Notes under the pieces: generated by a model
Told to the model about the DNA's origin: nothing
The model's input: only the letters and a program-made list of their open reading frames with translations
The model's database searches: none
Translations under genes and position numbers: made by a program
Part shown: positions 8,662 through 18,983 of the stretch, in pieces
Numbering within the stretch: position 1 is the stretch's first letter
Layout of the letters: each line of letters opens with the position of its first letter
DNA from: Thermoplasmata archaeon
GTDB lineage: Archaea; Thermoplasmatota; Thermoplasmata; Thermoplasmatales; GCA-001856825
Direction: 5' to 3'
Length of the DNA stretch: 64,000 nucleotides
Assembly (NCBI GenBank): GCA_021792255.1
Contig: JAJYUZ010000003.1
Location: 32,001-96,000 of the forward strand

Positions 8662-10435
8662 ATTATACCCGTGGCAGGAGATGATCTTTCAGAGGCTAGA
8701 ACAGAGTGAAAGGAATTCTGTTATTCTCGAAAGTCCGACGGGATCTGGAAAGACTATCGCTATTCTCTATCACGTGATATCCAAATATCCGGATAGAAGG
8801 GTCGTCTTCCTTACCAGAACCAACTCTCAGGGAGAGAACTTGCTGAGAGAGGCTAGAAAACTCGGAATCAACAGGGTGATGACTTTTTTTGGGCGGGGAG
8901 AGATGTGTCTCTACAAGAAGCAGGCATCCGAGATGTCACAGGGAACCCCGGAAGAACAGAGTAACTACTGCAGGTCGCTAGTCGAGAAGAACAAGAACGG
9001 AAAGGGGGGCTGCCCTTATGGAACCAATTATTATTCGGGATGGAAAAAGGGAATCATGTCGCAGGAGGACTTCCTCGAGCTAGGAAATGAAGACTACTGC
9101 CCCTATTTCGCGCAAAAGAGACTAGCGACAGAATCCAACATCTTGGCTACTTCTTATTCATTCTTTCTTAACCCATTCATAAGAGAAAGATTCCTTGGGT
9201 GGATGGAGGCAGAACTGAAAGACATAATTCTGATAGCAGATGAGGCACACAACATACCCGACCTTACGAGAAATCTCTTGTCGATGAGACTGACACACAA
9301 CAGCCTTGCAAGCTGTTCAAAGGAAATAGATCAGTATGGCGATATTTTACTCAACAAAGTCAATGCTTCCTTCATAATCGATTCGGTGAGCGAATCCCTG
9401 ACTGCGCTCCTGAAGGAAGGGGACAGAATTATAACTACCCAGGATGTGACGGAAGCGTTCATGGAATCCTTCCAGATGAATTCTCTGGACATCAAGAACC
9501 TCCTTTCTCAGCTTGCGAATTTTGGCCTCTCAATCAGAGAATCAAAAAGCATCGAAGGAAGACTGCCGAGGAGTTACATTTACAATGTATCAGTGCTGGC
9601 TTCCAGACTCATGGAAGATGATGAAAGCTACAGGGTGATTATTTCCCACAATGATGAACCCACTGGGATAAGTCTGATGAACCTCGAAACGTACGAAATT
9701 CTTCGCTTTTTCGGAAATACATATCGATCGTTCTTCATGTCCGGAACCGTATCTCCGTTCAATAAGTTCATCGATGAAACGGGGATCCAGAATCCTGAGA
9801 AAATAATCGTCAAGGCAGATTACTTGGTGAAAAACCTGAAGGTCTTGTTCGTCGAAGATGTGACCTCGAAATTTACTCTCAAGGACGAATCGAGGGAAAG
9901 GATGAACTCTTACATTAGAGAAATAGTTGAAAAGGTCAAGAGGAACAAGATCATTTTTTGTACCTCGTACGAACAGCTTTCATCCTTTTTGGAGCTTGAA
10001 ATGAATGGAAGAATCTACTTCGAAAGGAAGGGGATGAGTAACGAAGAATTTCTCTCGCTACTGGCAAACTACAAGGAAAAAGGAGGAAATCTTTTCGCAG
10101 TGATCAACGGGCGCATTTCCGAAGGAATAGATTTGCCAGGCAAGCTGGTCGAGGTAGCCGTCCTAGCAGGCATACCCTATCCTCCACCCTCACCGGAAAC
10201 TTCTGCAATGGAACTCTTCTATGAAATGAAGTTCAGGAGGGGCTGGGAGTACGCCTACGATGCTGTAGCATCGACGAGGATGAGGCAGGCTATTGGAAGA
10301 CTAATAAGGAGCCCTGAAGAAAGAGGTGTAGCAGTAATCCTCGACTCCAGAGCCAGAAAATTCAGGGCAGATCTACCCAATCTCTACCTGAGTAAGGATG
10401 TCATAGCAGATACGAACGAGTTTCTGGCTCAGTAG
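8633..10435 (+). CDS. xpd: XPD/Rad3/DinG Fe-S DNA helicase
   Basis: SPTGSGKT, four Fe-S Cys (MCL, YCR, GCP, YCP), DEAH, SGT, SEGID, QAIGRLIR. Confidence 0.92.
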   Translation: MKDVPKFPYELYPWQEMIFQRLEQSERNSVILESPTGSGKTIAILYHVISKYPDRRVVFLTRTNSQGENLLREARKLGINRVMTFFGRGEMCLYKKQASEMSQGTPEEQSNYCRSLVEKNKNGKGGCPYGTNYYSGWKKGIMSQEDFLELGNEDYCPYFAQKRLATESNILATSYSFFLNPFIRERFLGWMEAELKDIILIADEAHNIPDLTRNLLSMRLTHNSLASCSKEIDQYGDILLNKVNASFIIDSVSESLTALLKEGDRIITTQDVTEAFMESFQMNSLDIKNLLSQLANFGLSIRESKSIEGRLPRSYIYNVSVLASRLMEDDESYRVIISHNDEPTGISLMNLETYEILRFFGNTYRSFFMSGTVSPFNKFIDETGIQNPEKIIVKADYLVKNLKVLFVEDVTSKFTLKDESRERMNSYIREIVEKVKRNKIIFCTSYEQLSSFLELEMNGRIYFERKGMSNEEFLSLLANYKEKGGNLFAVINGRISEGIDLPGKLVEVAVLAGIPYPPPSPETSAMELFYEMKFRRGWEYAYDAVASTRMRQAIGRLIRSPEERGVAVILDSRARKFRADLPNLYLSKDVIADTNEFLAQ

Positions 10436-10974
10436 GGGACGCTCTTCACCTTGAGCTTGTAACCAAGAATGTTGACCGCTCTATGAATTAGCGGAGTCAC
10501 GATCAGTATTGCTAGAATCCCTTCCCACGGGAAGAGCACCATAGCACTCGGCCAAAATAAAAGGTAAAAAAACGCAAGCGCAAAAAGTGCAAACGGATAC
10601 TGGTCAAGGAATAGGGACTCGGTGCCGGGAGCCCTTCCGATCCTTCTCTTTATGAAGGATCCTATCAAATCGCCCAGCATAGAGAAGAGGGAAAGCGCTG
10701 TTACCATGTAAAGTATCGTGGCGAACTGATTTGAAAAAGTGAGTTCTCTGATGCCCAGGAATAAGAAGAGATAGTTCAGTAACAGTCCAATCAGGGATCC
10801 TGCCAGAATGCCACCCAGAAAACCCGACCAGGTCTTGTGATCTCCGAATATTCTCTTTCCGTTCCAGCTCCTTCCATTGTCTATAACGTAGTGCCCACCC
10901 GTTATCACGGCGCTGGGGTTAGCTATGAACGCAGGTACAAAGAGGATGAGTGAAGAGATGAACGAAGGAATCAC
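10429..10974 (-). CDS. carS: CDP-archaeol synthase (DUF46)
   Basis: PAFIANP, GKRIFGDHKTWSG, GDLIGSFIKRR, LDQ and C-terminal K.VPY. Confidence 0.9.
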   Translation of the reverse strand: MIPSFISSLILFVPAFIANPSAVITGGHYVIDNGRSWNGKRIFGDHKTWSGFLGGILAGSLIGLLLNYLFLFLGIRELTFSNQFATILYMVTALSLFSMLGDLIGSFIKRRIGRAPGTESLFLDQYPFALFALAFFYLLFWPSAMVLFPWEGILAILIVTPLIHRAVNILGYKLKVKSVPY

Positions 10975-11057
10975 GTTCGGCCAGAGTTTGCCAAAATATA
11001 ACTATTTCTTAAAAAAAACCGAAGGTTTTTCTATACATGCCTACTTAGCCTGCAAGG

Positions 11058-12599
11058 ATGGAAACCTCTAGGCCCGCGTGGATATTGCTGCAGAACGCAT
11101 ATGGACTGGTAGTGGGGTATGTGACGTACCTTCTAATCCTTAGAGACGCGGGGGTTTCGGCCTTCGGAATATTCTCTTTCGCCCTTTCTTTTGGAATGAT
11201 TTTTTCCTTTCTTTCGGACCTTGGTATCAACACTGCGCATACCAGAATGATAGCAGCAGGTAAGGACAGAAACGAGTACAACAACGCTCTGGTCTTCATG
11301 AAATTCCTTCTTACTCTTTTGTACGTAGGAACGATCTTCGTTTCCATTATCGTGTGGACTCTCGTCCTTCACAAAGGGTTCGACTCTCCGTACGAATATC
11401 TCAGCATACTGCTGCTTCTTCCATACTTCATTTCTTTACCCTACATCCAGGCAAACAAGGCATTCTTCACGGGCACACTGGAAGCTGTCAAGGTTGCCGT
11501 TCCTCCGATGGTCGAGTCGACCGTAAGGCTCCTGGCGGTTGTAGTGTTGATTCACTACGACATATTCCACTTTGCATCTTCTGGGACGGGACTGATAAGG
11601 ATGTCGTTGCTCATTGCTGCATCTTATTCGATATCCTATGTCGCTTATGCAATCCTAGGTTTCTGGATTGGCAGACCATGGAAACTCAGATTGCCACGTT
11701 ATGAGACAATCAAGGATTACATGAAATATTCCTACCCTCTTACGGGGGCCGCTGTTGCGAGCGCAGTGTCCGCAAACGTCGCACAAATCTTGATTCAGTT
11801 ATTCTACGAGTCTCACGCACTCGGGGGCTATGCCAGCGATCTGAGATTTATCCTGATGATCACCGGTTTTACTACGTCCGTAACTATACTGATCCTACCA
11901 CTGCTCACAACAAAATTGGGTGATCACGTAGAGTATGGAAGGACCGTGGGACTGTCCGTCAAATACCTGACCGTGTTCATAACTCCCATCACCGTGTTTG
12001 CGATCATATTTGCGTCCCCACTACTCAATCTCTGGACATCGCAGTTGCTTCCTTTTGCCATTGCACTCCAGCTGATGCTCATAGGATCTTGGTTTACCAC
12101 AATGGCGATTCCATTCTGGACTCATTTCAATGCCACTGGTAAAACTGGTATTTCAGGCGCTTTGAACGTTTTTGGTTATCTCCTCATTATCATTTTCGAT
12201 TTCATTCTCATACCCAAGTACCTTCTTGGAGTCAGACTGGTGGGTTGGGGAGTGAACGGAGCCGCAGCGGCTATGTTGATCTCTGGCGTTTCAATTCTTT
12301 TGACTTCAATGATCGCTCTCTTGAGGAAAATTAAGATCGACCTCACATTCCAGTCGATAAAGAGCATTCTGGTTTCAATCTTGCTCGGCGCCCTATTTTA
12401 TTACTTTCTGCATAGCTATCCTAGACTACCTACACTATGGATACTGACTCTATTCGTTGCATATACCCTCGCATACCTTGGGCTGATTTTGGTGACAAAG
12501 ACTCTCTCGAGGCAAGAACTAATAGACATACTAGACATGATGAACCTGAAGAAACTCTTCAAGTATGGCATTCAAGAGTTGAAACACAGATCTCAATAG
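11058..12599 (+). CDS. oligosaccharide flippase (Wzx/MOP family)
   Basis: About 14 TM segments; SDLGINTA motif; GxxGAAAA near the C-terminus. Confidence 0.8.
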   Translation: METSRPAWILLQNAYGLVVGYVTYLLILRDAGVSAFGIFSFALSFGMIFSFLSDLGINTAHTRMIAAGKDRNEYNNALVFMKFLLTLLYVGTIFVSIIVWTLVLHKGFDSPYEYLSILLLLPYFISLPYIQANKAFFTGTLEAVKVAVPPMVESTVRLLAVVVLIHYDIFHFASSGTGLIRMSLLIAASYSISYVAYAILGFWIGRPWKLRLPRYETIKDYMKYSYPLTGAAVASAVSANVAQILIQLFYESHALGGYASDLRFILMITGFTTSVTILILPLLTTKLGDHVEYGRTVGLSVKYLTVFITPITVFAIIFASPLLNLWTSQLLPFAIALQLMLIGSWFTTMAIPFWTHFNATGKTGISGALNVFGYLLIIIFDFILIPKYLLGVRLVGWGVNGAAAAMLISGVSILLTSMIALLRKIKIDLTFQSIKSILVSILLGALFYYFLHSYPRLPTLWILTLFVAYTLAYLGLILVTKTLSRQELIDILDMMNLKKLFKYGIQELKHRSQ

Positions 12600-12629
12600 T
12601 GTTTTATCTTTCAATTTCATCATAAAACT

Positions 12630-13028
12630 GTGCCTGTTGAAACCATCGAACACACGGCTGATGTCCGGCTCAGAGCGTGGGGAAAATCATTTCAGGGAAC
12701 ACTCCTCGAACTGTCAAATCACATGCTGAAGCTGATTTACGGCAAGGAAATACTACCTGACGCTCTATTGAGTTCCGAAATCGAATACGACTCTGATGAG
12801 AGCTGTGTTGCTAAATTGCTTAACGACCTCATTTACAGATCTGAATCTTCAAGGTTGGCCATTAAGGTCAGGAAAATCACCCTCTGCAAAGGAATGGTGA
12901 GATGGGATGGAGTGGGAGAAGGGATTGACCTGAGGGAGAGGGGGTCTATGCTGGTAAAGGCAGCCACCTATGATAGAATTATTGTGTCTAAAGACCCCGC
13001 CCTTATCGAAGTGACGCTTGATATTTAG
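12630..13028 (+). CDS. archease
   Basis: N-terminal EHTADV, KAATY and terminal LDI. Confidence 0.88.
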   Translation: MPVETIEHTADVRLRAWGKSFQGTLLELSNHMLKLIYGKEILPDALLSSEIEYDSDESCVAKLLNDLIYRSESSRLAIKVRKITLCKGMVRWDGVGEGIDLRERGSMLVKAATYDRIIVSKDPALIEVTLDI

Positions 13029-13078
13029 GTTAAAACCCGACCCAGAATAACTAAAATAAGAAGAATGTATGACTTGAC

Positions 13079-13420
13079 ATGGCCAAAGATGATAATTTCA
13101 TCTTCGAAGATTCTAAGAAACTGTTGATATCGGATGACATAATTGTCCAAGCTATTCAGGAACTGTACAAAGATGAAATAAAGGAAAGGATAAGAGAGAA
13201 ACTTAAGGCCAATCCAAGAATGGAAGAAGAACTGAAAGAAGCCATCAAGGATTACTCGAGAGGAAAACTGCTCGAGGCAGGAGCCCAAGGTAAGCTGCTC
13301 AAAGTGGTCGCTGAACTTGGGCTGATCTCGATGCCGGAATCGTTCAGGGATGAGTTAGTGAAGACAATATTGAAGGCAATCGGACCGGAGATCGACACAC
13401 TTCTCAAAAACACTCTTTAG
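13079..13420 (+). CDS. hypothetical helical protein
   Basis: 113-aa charged ORF abutting the downstream permease. Confidence 0.65.
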   Translation: MAKDDNFIFEDSKKLLISDDIIVQAIQELYKDEIKERIREKLKANPRMEEELKEAIKDYSRGKLLEAGAQGKLLKVVAELGLISMPESFRDELVKTILKAIGPEIDTLLKNTL

Positions 13421-14485
13421 ATGAAGCTTACCATAAACAAAGTTCTCATTCTCGTCTTAGGTTCGGCCTATCTGATTATAGTACTTTTAAGGAGAAGCAT
13501 CTACTCCGCAGGTTTGGTTGACTGGAATACTATTGCCATACTATCCTCGCTGATCGTGGTAAACACCGGACTAATGTATTCCGGCGGTCTGAACTACGTA
13601 GCTTACAAGATTATGAGGGTGACCAATGGGAGAAGAAAGCTGATAGTCGTATCGGTTCTCCTGACGGCATTTATGGCAATGTTCCTTACAAACGACGTTT
13701 CTCTGCTCGTCCTCATTCCTCTGACTATCGCCATCGGAAAATTTGCGAGAAAGAATCTCGATGACGTGATTATATTTCAGGCGATAGCCGCCAACGTGGG
13801 TTCGATGCTCACTCCATTTGGAAACCCCCAGAACATCATAATATTTCGATTGTACTCCCTCAACTTTCTGGAGTTCGTCAAGACTATGCTTCCGATATTC
13901 CTCGTCTCCCTGGCAATATTGATCGTCTTTTCTCTGATATTCAAAAACGAAGAATTTCTGACCCAGAAAACCGAAGAAAAACCTCATGTTTACTTCTTTT
14001 GGCTCTTTACCGGACTGCTGATAATCACCATAGTTGGTATGCTTCTAAATGCAACCATATACCTCTTCGCAGGTGTGATAACTTTTTCGCTGCTTGCTCT
14101 TTTCTTTTTCGAGCCTCAGACTGTTGTAAAAGTCGATTACGTGCTGATAGCAGTCTTCATCCTAATTTTCCTCGTGATGAACTCGATCAGATCCCTCATT
14201 CCATTACCCATTCTTGGAGGTGGGGTTCAAACTTTCTTCTCTTCCATTATCTTGTCCCAGTTCATATCCAACGTTCCAACGACCGTTCTCTTCGGGAAGG
14301 CCTCTTCTTGGGCAGTTCTCTCCTACGGTGTCAACATAGGAGGGAATGGAACGGTGGTCGCTTCTCTTGCCAACATAATCGCTCTGAGAAATTTGTCTGG
14401 CAAGAACTTCCTCAAGTTCAATAAATATTCTTTTCTGTTCCTTGTAGTGACTGCAGTTCTGGGCTATCTCATACTGTTCAGATAA
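13421..14485 (+). CDS. SLC13/ArsB-NhaD (CitMHS-like) anion permease
   Basis: TND, AANVGSMLTPFGNPQN, SQFISNVP, NIGGNG..ASLAN. Confidence 0.85.
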   Translation: MKLTINKVLILVLGSAYLIIVLLRRSIYSAGLVDWNTIAILSSLIVVNTGLMYSGGLNYVAYKIMRVTNGRRKLIVVSVLLTAFMAMFLTNDVSLLVLIPLTIAIGKFARKNLDDVIIFQAIAANVGSMLTPFGNPQNIIIFRLYSLNFLEFVKTMLPIFLVSLAILIVFSLIFKNEEFLTQKTEEKPHVYFFWLFTGLLIITIVGMLLNATIYLFAGVITFSLLALFFFEPQTVVKVDYVLIAVFILIFLVMNSIRSLIPLPILGGGVQTFFSSIILSQFISNVPTTVLFGKASSWAVLSYGVNIGGNGTVVASLANIIALRNLSGKNFLKFNKYSFLFLVVTAVLGYLILFR

Positions 14486-14513
14486 GATTAATACAAAAAG
14501 GCGATAGCAACTC

Positions 14514-15797
14514 ATGCAAATCCTGCTTAAGGATGGAATCCTGCTAACAGAGGATCACTCTCCAAAGAAAATGGACCTGTTTATAGACGGAAATTTGATA
14601 TCACAGATTTCGGATAAAATTAGAGTCGAGGCGGAGTACGTCATTAACTGCAATAACAAAATTGTCTCTCCTGGATTTGTCAACATGCACACTCACGTTG
14701 CCATGAGCAACATGAGGACACTATTTGATGACATGCAGTTCTCTAGATTCTTGGAAACGGGGTTCAAACTGGATTCCGTAAGAACTGACGAAGAAGTGTA
14801 CTACGGTAGCAAGCTTGGTATTGCTGAGATGCTGAGGAAGGGAACCACCACTTTTCTTGACATGTATTATAGTGAGAATATGGTGGCAAAGGCCGTCCAG
14901 GAACTTGGTATACGTGCCTATCTCGGATGGAGCATAGTAAACAAAAATCAAACAACTCAAAAGGGAGAACCGCTAAAGAATGCAGAACAATTCATCTCAG
15001 AATTCAGGGGGAAAGACCTCATTACTCCCCTTCCTGCTCCACACGGAATTTACTCATGCGACAGGGACGATCTCATAGCTGCTAAGGAGCTAGCCGACAG
15101 GTATGACCTTCCTTATACCATTCATTTGAGTGAAAATAGGAGAGAGGTGTATGACATCGTCAAGAAAGAGAAAAAACGACCGGTCGAATACCTGGACGGA
15201 CTGGGTTTCTTGAGCAACAGACTTATTGCTTCGCACACCATATACGTAACACTAAATGAAATCAAGATCTTAGGAAAAAAAGGTGTGACTGTCGTCAACA
15301 ATCCGGTAAGCAATATGAAACTCGCGAACGGCAACTTTGTGCCTGCTCTTGAGATGATACAGCACGGAGCCAATTTCACGCTAGGGACCGACTCTGCTGC
15401 GACCAGTAATTCGTTAGATATGCTAGAGAATGCAAAACTCTCATCCCTGCTCCAGAAAAATTACAGAGAAGAGGGGCAAATCTTGCCACCATCTCAGGTA
15501 ATAGATTTTATGACCAAGAATCCGTGGAAGGTTCTTGGAAAGAATTCTGGGATTCTGAAAGAGGGTGCGCTTGCGGACATTACTGTTATTGGTGAGAGCA
15601 TTTCACAGATTCCATTAAGGAAGGAAAATGCAGAAAATATCTTGATCTATTCTTCAAACGGAAACGATGTCGAACAAACCATAGTGAACGGAAAATTGCT
15701 GTACTCACAGGGAAACTACTATGGGCTGAACATAGAAGAGCTCAGAGAGAAAAATAAGGAGATTTTCAACCACTACAGTTCACTTATGAATTCGTGA
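14514..15797 (+). CDS. amidohydrolase, MTA/SAH deaminase-like
   Basis: PGFVNMHTH, APH, IHLSE, LGTD..SNSLDM. Confidence 0.85.
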   Translation: MQILLKDGILLTEDHSPKKMDLFIDGNLISQISDKIRVEAEYVINCNNKIVSPGFVNMHTHVAMSNMRTLFDDMQFSRFLETGFKLDSVRTDEEVYYGSKLGIAEMLRKGTTTFLDMYYSENMVAKAVQELGIRAYLGWSIVNKNQTTQKGEPLKNAEQFISEFRGKDLITPLPAPHGIYSCDRDDLIAAKELADRYDLPYTIHLSENRREVYDIVKKEKKRPVEYLDGLGFLSNRLIASHTIYVTLNEIKILGKKGVTVVNNPVSNMKLANGNFVPALEMIQHGANFTLGTDSAATSNSLDMLENAKLSSLLQKNYREEGQILPPSQVIDFMTKNPWKVLGKNSGILKEGALADITVIGESISQIPLRKENAENILIYSSNGNDVEQTIVNGKLLYSQGNYYGLNIEELREKNKEIFNHYSSLMNS

Positions 15798-16519
15798 ACC
15801 GTTTTGTGATCTCTCTTTGCAATTTTCTCTGACGCTTTTTTGAACCCGGATGAATACTGAGAGGCCCTCTTTTGTCTCCACGCCATCTCCCGCTCCAGTC
15901 CCAGTTTGCTTGCGATCGAACGCAATGAATACTTTCTTGTACCATCCGTGATGTTCTGGTGCCTCAGAATCTTCGATGATGCTTCTACAACCTTTTCGTG
16001 CAGGTAAGGGTAAACAAGCTCTTTGCCATAGGAACCAGCAATCTTTCTTTCTAAAGGTACGATGTGGCTCATAACCCTCTGGAAATCTTCTCTTGAGGTG
16101 TCTTTGGTCTCATACTTTTTATAACCCAGAAATAATTCATCAGCCCCCTGACCAGTAACAAGTACAGAATCGGTAGACTCTTTAGCGATGAAATACAGTG
16201 GCAGTTCGATTAGGAGCAGCAAAGAAGACGTCTCTCCGGTCAGTCGCTTGATGTTTCTGATCCCCTCTATTATCTCCTCTTCCTTTATTGAAAGAAACTC
16301 GAGCGGAAGTCCAAGGATTTCTGCTGCTTTGGGCGTCCATTCATGGTCGTGTGAACCGATTGTACCCGAACAGTAAAGGCGGACGCCCTTACCTTCTCTC
16401 TTCAATAGGTAAGCAAGGAATGAGCTGTCGAGTCCTCCAGAAAATAGTACTCCGACCCGATCTGGAACATCTCGAATTGATTTCTCCAGTGCCTCTTCTA
16501 GCTCGTTTTCCCATTCCAT
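15773..16519 (-). CDS. asparagine synthetase C-terminal-domain-only protein (N-type ATP pyrophosphatase)
   Basis: SGGLDSS PP-loop, TGQGADELF.GY, RK..LR, K.A.QY.SG; no Ntn glutaminase domain. Confidence 0.82.
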   Translation of the reverse strand: MEWENELEEALEKSIRDVPDRVGVLFSGGLDSSFLAYLLKREGKGVRLYCSGTIGSHDHEWTPKAAEILGLPLEFLSIKEEEIIEGIRNIKRLTGETSSLLLLIELPLYFIAKESTDSVLVTGQGADELFLGYKKYETKDTSREDFQRVMSHIVPLERKIAGSYGKELVYPYLHEKVVEASSKILRHQNITDGTRKYSLRSIASKLGLEREMAWRQKRASQYSSGFKKASEKIAKRDHKTVHEFISEL

Positions 16520-18141
16520 GTGTTTTTTCCTAGATAGTCTGGAATTTCTTCAACCTTGATTCGGATCTGTTCCCTTGTGTCTCTGTGTCTTATCGTGACG
16601 TCTCCATTCTTGAGCGAATCGTAGTCTATAGTGATGCAGTAGAGAATACCAACCTCATCGTACCTCGAGTATCGTTTCCCAATCGATCCCGAGTCGTCGT
16701 ACAACACCGAGAACTTTCTCCTGAGAAGGCCCTCGAAAATGGAACTTGCCTTTGAGCCAAGTTCATCCTTATTCATTAGGGGCAAGATGACGGCATCGTA
16801 GGGAGAGACGGAATAAGGTATCTTCAACCAGACGTACCCAGAATCCTCCCTTGACAATAGGTTGTGGTCCAGAATTGTGTACATAATACGGTCAAAGCCG
16901 AATGCTGGTTCAATTACGGTTGGGATGAAATCTTCTCTATCCACTACCACCTTCTCTTCTTCTTCTACGGTGAATCTGGTCAGATCTATCTTATCCTTTC
17001 CAATAATTAGATCCGACTTTCCTTCTTTAATGGCTTCGATTATCTTGGCGGAATTTTCGAGAGATTCTGATTTTATTTTCTGATAATCAATGACCCTCTT
17101 TTTTTGAATCTCTTCTTTCTTGGGAATCACCCGTTGAGCATACAGGTCCTTTCCAGAGGAATTTATGTGAGAGGACAGATCATAGGTCCCCCTGTGTGCG
17201 ATCCCGGTTATTTCTACCCAACCAAGATCTGTTAACGCTTCTGCATCCCACGTGTCGGATGAGTAGTGACTTAGCTCTTCCTTCCTGTGCTGCCTGAACC
17301 TTATTCTTGTCAAGTCTATTCCGACATCAGAGTAGAACTTGAGTGCCAGTCCCATGAAGTACGCCATAGGATGGCTCTTCACTATTCTCTTTTCATAGAC
17401 TTCCTCCGGAGTTGCTTTTATCTCCTTTCCATCGTTCGCCAGGAATGTCACGCTGTGTGTGTTTTCTGGTTCGTGAATCCATTTCTCATTACGAGGGTCA
17501 AAAAAAGATTCACACTCCATCATGTTGAATTCCCTTAGCCTGTAAAGGGCCCTCCTTGGTGATATTTCGTTTCTGTAACCCCTTCCCACGGTTATGATTG
17601 CAAACGGAAGCTTCTCCCTGAAGAATCTATAGTATTCTTTGAAGTTGATGAACATCCCCTGCGCTGTCTCAGGCCTCAGATATAGCGGTTCCAAGTCTTG
17701 GCCCTGTTCGACCGGAAACATCAATTTCTGTATTTTGACATCACCGAATTCTCCCTGACACTTTTCGCATCTAATTTTGAGCTCTTCCAGTTTGTTCTGA
17801 ATCCACTGTTTGTCCAGTATTGCAGTTACACCTTTCTTCTCGATAAGGTCGTCTGCCCTGTATTTTGAGTGGCACTTGGTGCACTCCACCAAAAAATCAA
17901 AGAATCTGTCATAGTGACCCGATGCTTTGAGGACCTGGGGGTGTGTTATGGAAGTCCCATCGAATTCTGCGATGTTCCCCTCTCCTAGCATCGCCTCTTT
18001 CCAGATTCTAACGACTTTGTCCTTTATTCTGGAACCGTATGGACCGTAATCGTATAGACCGGATATACCGCCGTATATCCCGAATCCTTGAAAATAAATT
18101 CCTCTTCTTCTAGCGACTTCTTCCTGATCCACACTCTTCAT
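16498..18141 (-). CDS. glyS: glycyl-tRNA synthetase (homodimeric, archaeal/eukaryotic type)
   Basis: YDYGPYG, LRPETAQG, RNEISPR, REF...E, IEPAFGFDR and an anticodon-binding domain. Confidence 0.96.
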   Translation of the reverse strand: MKSVDQEEVARRRGIYFQGFGIYGGISGLYDYGPYGSRIKDKVVRIWKEAMLGEGNIAEFDGTSITHPQVLKASGHYDRFFDFLVECTKCHSKYRADDLIEKKGVTAILDKQWIQNKLEELKIRCEKCQGEFGDVKIQKLMFPVEQGQDLEPLYLRPETAQGMFINFKEYYRFFREKLPFAIITVGRGYRNEISPRRALYRLREFNMMECESFFDPRNEKWIHEPENTHSVTFLANDGKEIKATPEEVYEKRIVKSHPMAYFMGLALKFYSDVGIDLTRIRFRQHRKEELSHYSSDTWDAEALTDLGWVEITGIAHRGTYDLSSHINSSGKDLYAQRVIPKKEEIQKKRVIDYQKIKSESLENSAKIIEAIKEGKSDLIIGKDKIDLTRFTVEEEEKVVVDREDFIPTVIEPAFGFDRIMYTILDHNLLSREDSGYVWLKIPYSVSPYDAVILPLMNKDELGSKASSIFEGLLRRKFSVLYDDSGSIGKRYSRYDEVGILYCITIDYDSLKNGDVTIRHRDTREQIRIKVEEIPDYLGKNTWNGKTS

Positions 18142-18983
18142 TTTATCAATGATGAGATCACGTCAAAGTCATAAACCATTCCGCTTAGTTCGTCATCAAC
18201 GTCTCTAACGGGCAGTTGTGTAAATTTGTTCTTCTTCATGATCCTGGCTGCGTCGTATGCAGAAGCACCTTCGTATATTGAAATGGGACTCTTTACCATT
18301 ATCTTCTCTACTTCCACATTAGGAATCTCAAGATCCCTTATCGTGTAATAGAATGTGTAGATGTCTCTGAGACTCTCCCAGCTCCATGCATCGTCGTCCT
18401 CGCCTATTCCCAGTTGGGTGGAAACAGTCTTTGAGTCGAGATTTGCCCCATTTAGAAGGTCTCTTTCCGTCACTAGACCGGTAAGATTCCCATTGTTGTC
18501 AAGTACGGGGAATGCTGTGACGTGTGTGAGCCTGATTACCCTTTCTACCATCTTCGCGGTAGATTTTATGTGAAGGGGGATTGCGGTTCTGGTCAGCAGT
18601 TTGGTTATTGGAACTTCGACTTTTCTTGCTATGACCGCATCCAGAATATCGTATGGAGTAAGGACTCCGGTGACTTTCTTGTTGTCGACTACTGTCAAGT
18701 GTCTTCTTAGAATCTTGGTGAATATCGTGACAGCCTTCTCCAGAGAATCTTTAGAAGTAAGGGTCGGAACGTCCGTCCTCATGAGCAGTGAAAGCTCATC
18801 CTCCTTAGGATGTTCGAGGATATCTCTTCTCGAAACAATTCCAGCATAATTGGACTTGGGGTCCAACACGGGTACTGCCGCGACGTCTTTGCTGGCCATT
18901 ATTTGCATCGCTTCGGAAACTGAAGCCGGTAGTTTCAGTGTGTACGGCTTCTTGGTCATGTATGTTTCAACGTTGAAATTCAT
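18138..18983 (-). CDS. CBS-domain protein (two Bateman pairs)
   Basis: Four CBS repeats (AVPVLD..GIVS..D, etc.); translationally coupled to glyS. Confidence 0.88.
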   Translation of the reverse strand: MNFNVETYMTKKPYTLKLPASVSEAMQIMASKDVAAVPVLDPKSNYAGIVSRRDILEHPKEDELSLLMRTDVPTLTSKDSLEKAVTIFTKILRRHLTVVDNKKVTGVLTPYDILDAVIARKVEVPITKLLTRTAIPLHIKSTAKMVERVIRLTHVTAFPVLDNNGNLTGLVTERDLLNGANLDSKTVSTQLGIGEDDDAWSWESLRDIYTFYYTIRDLEIPNVEVEKIMVKSPISIYEGASAYDAARIMKKNKFTQLPVRDVDDELSGMVYDFDVISSLIK

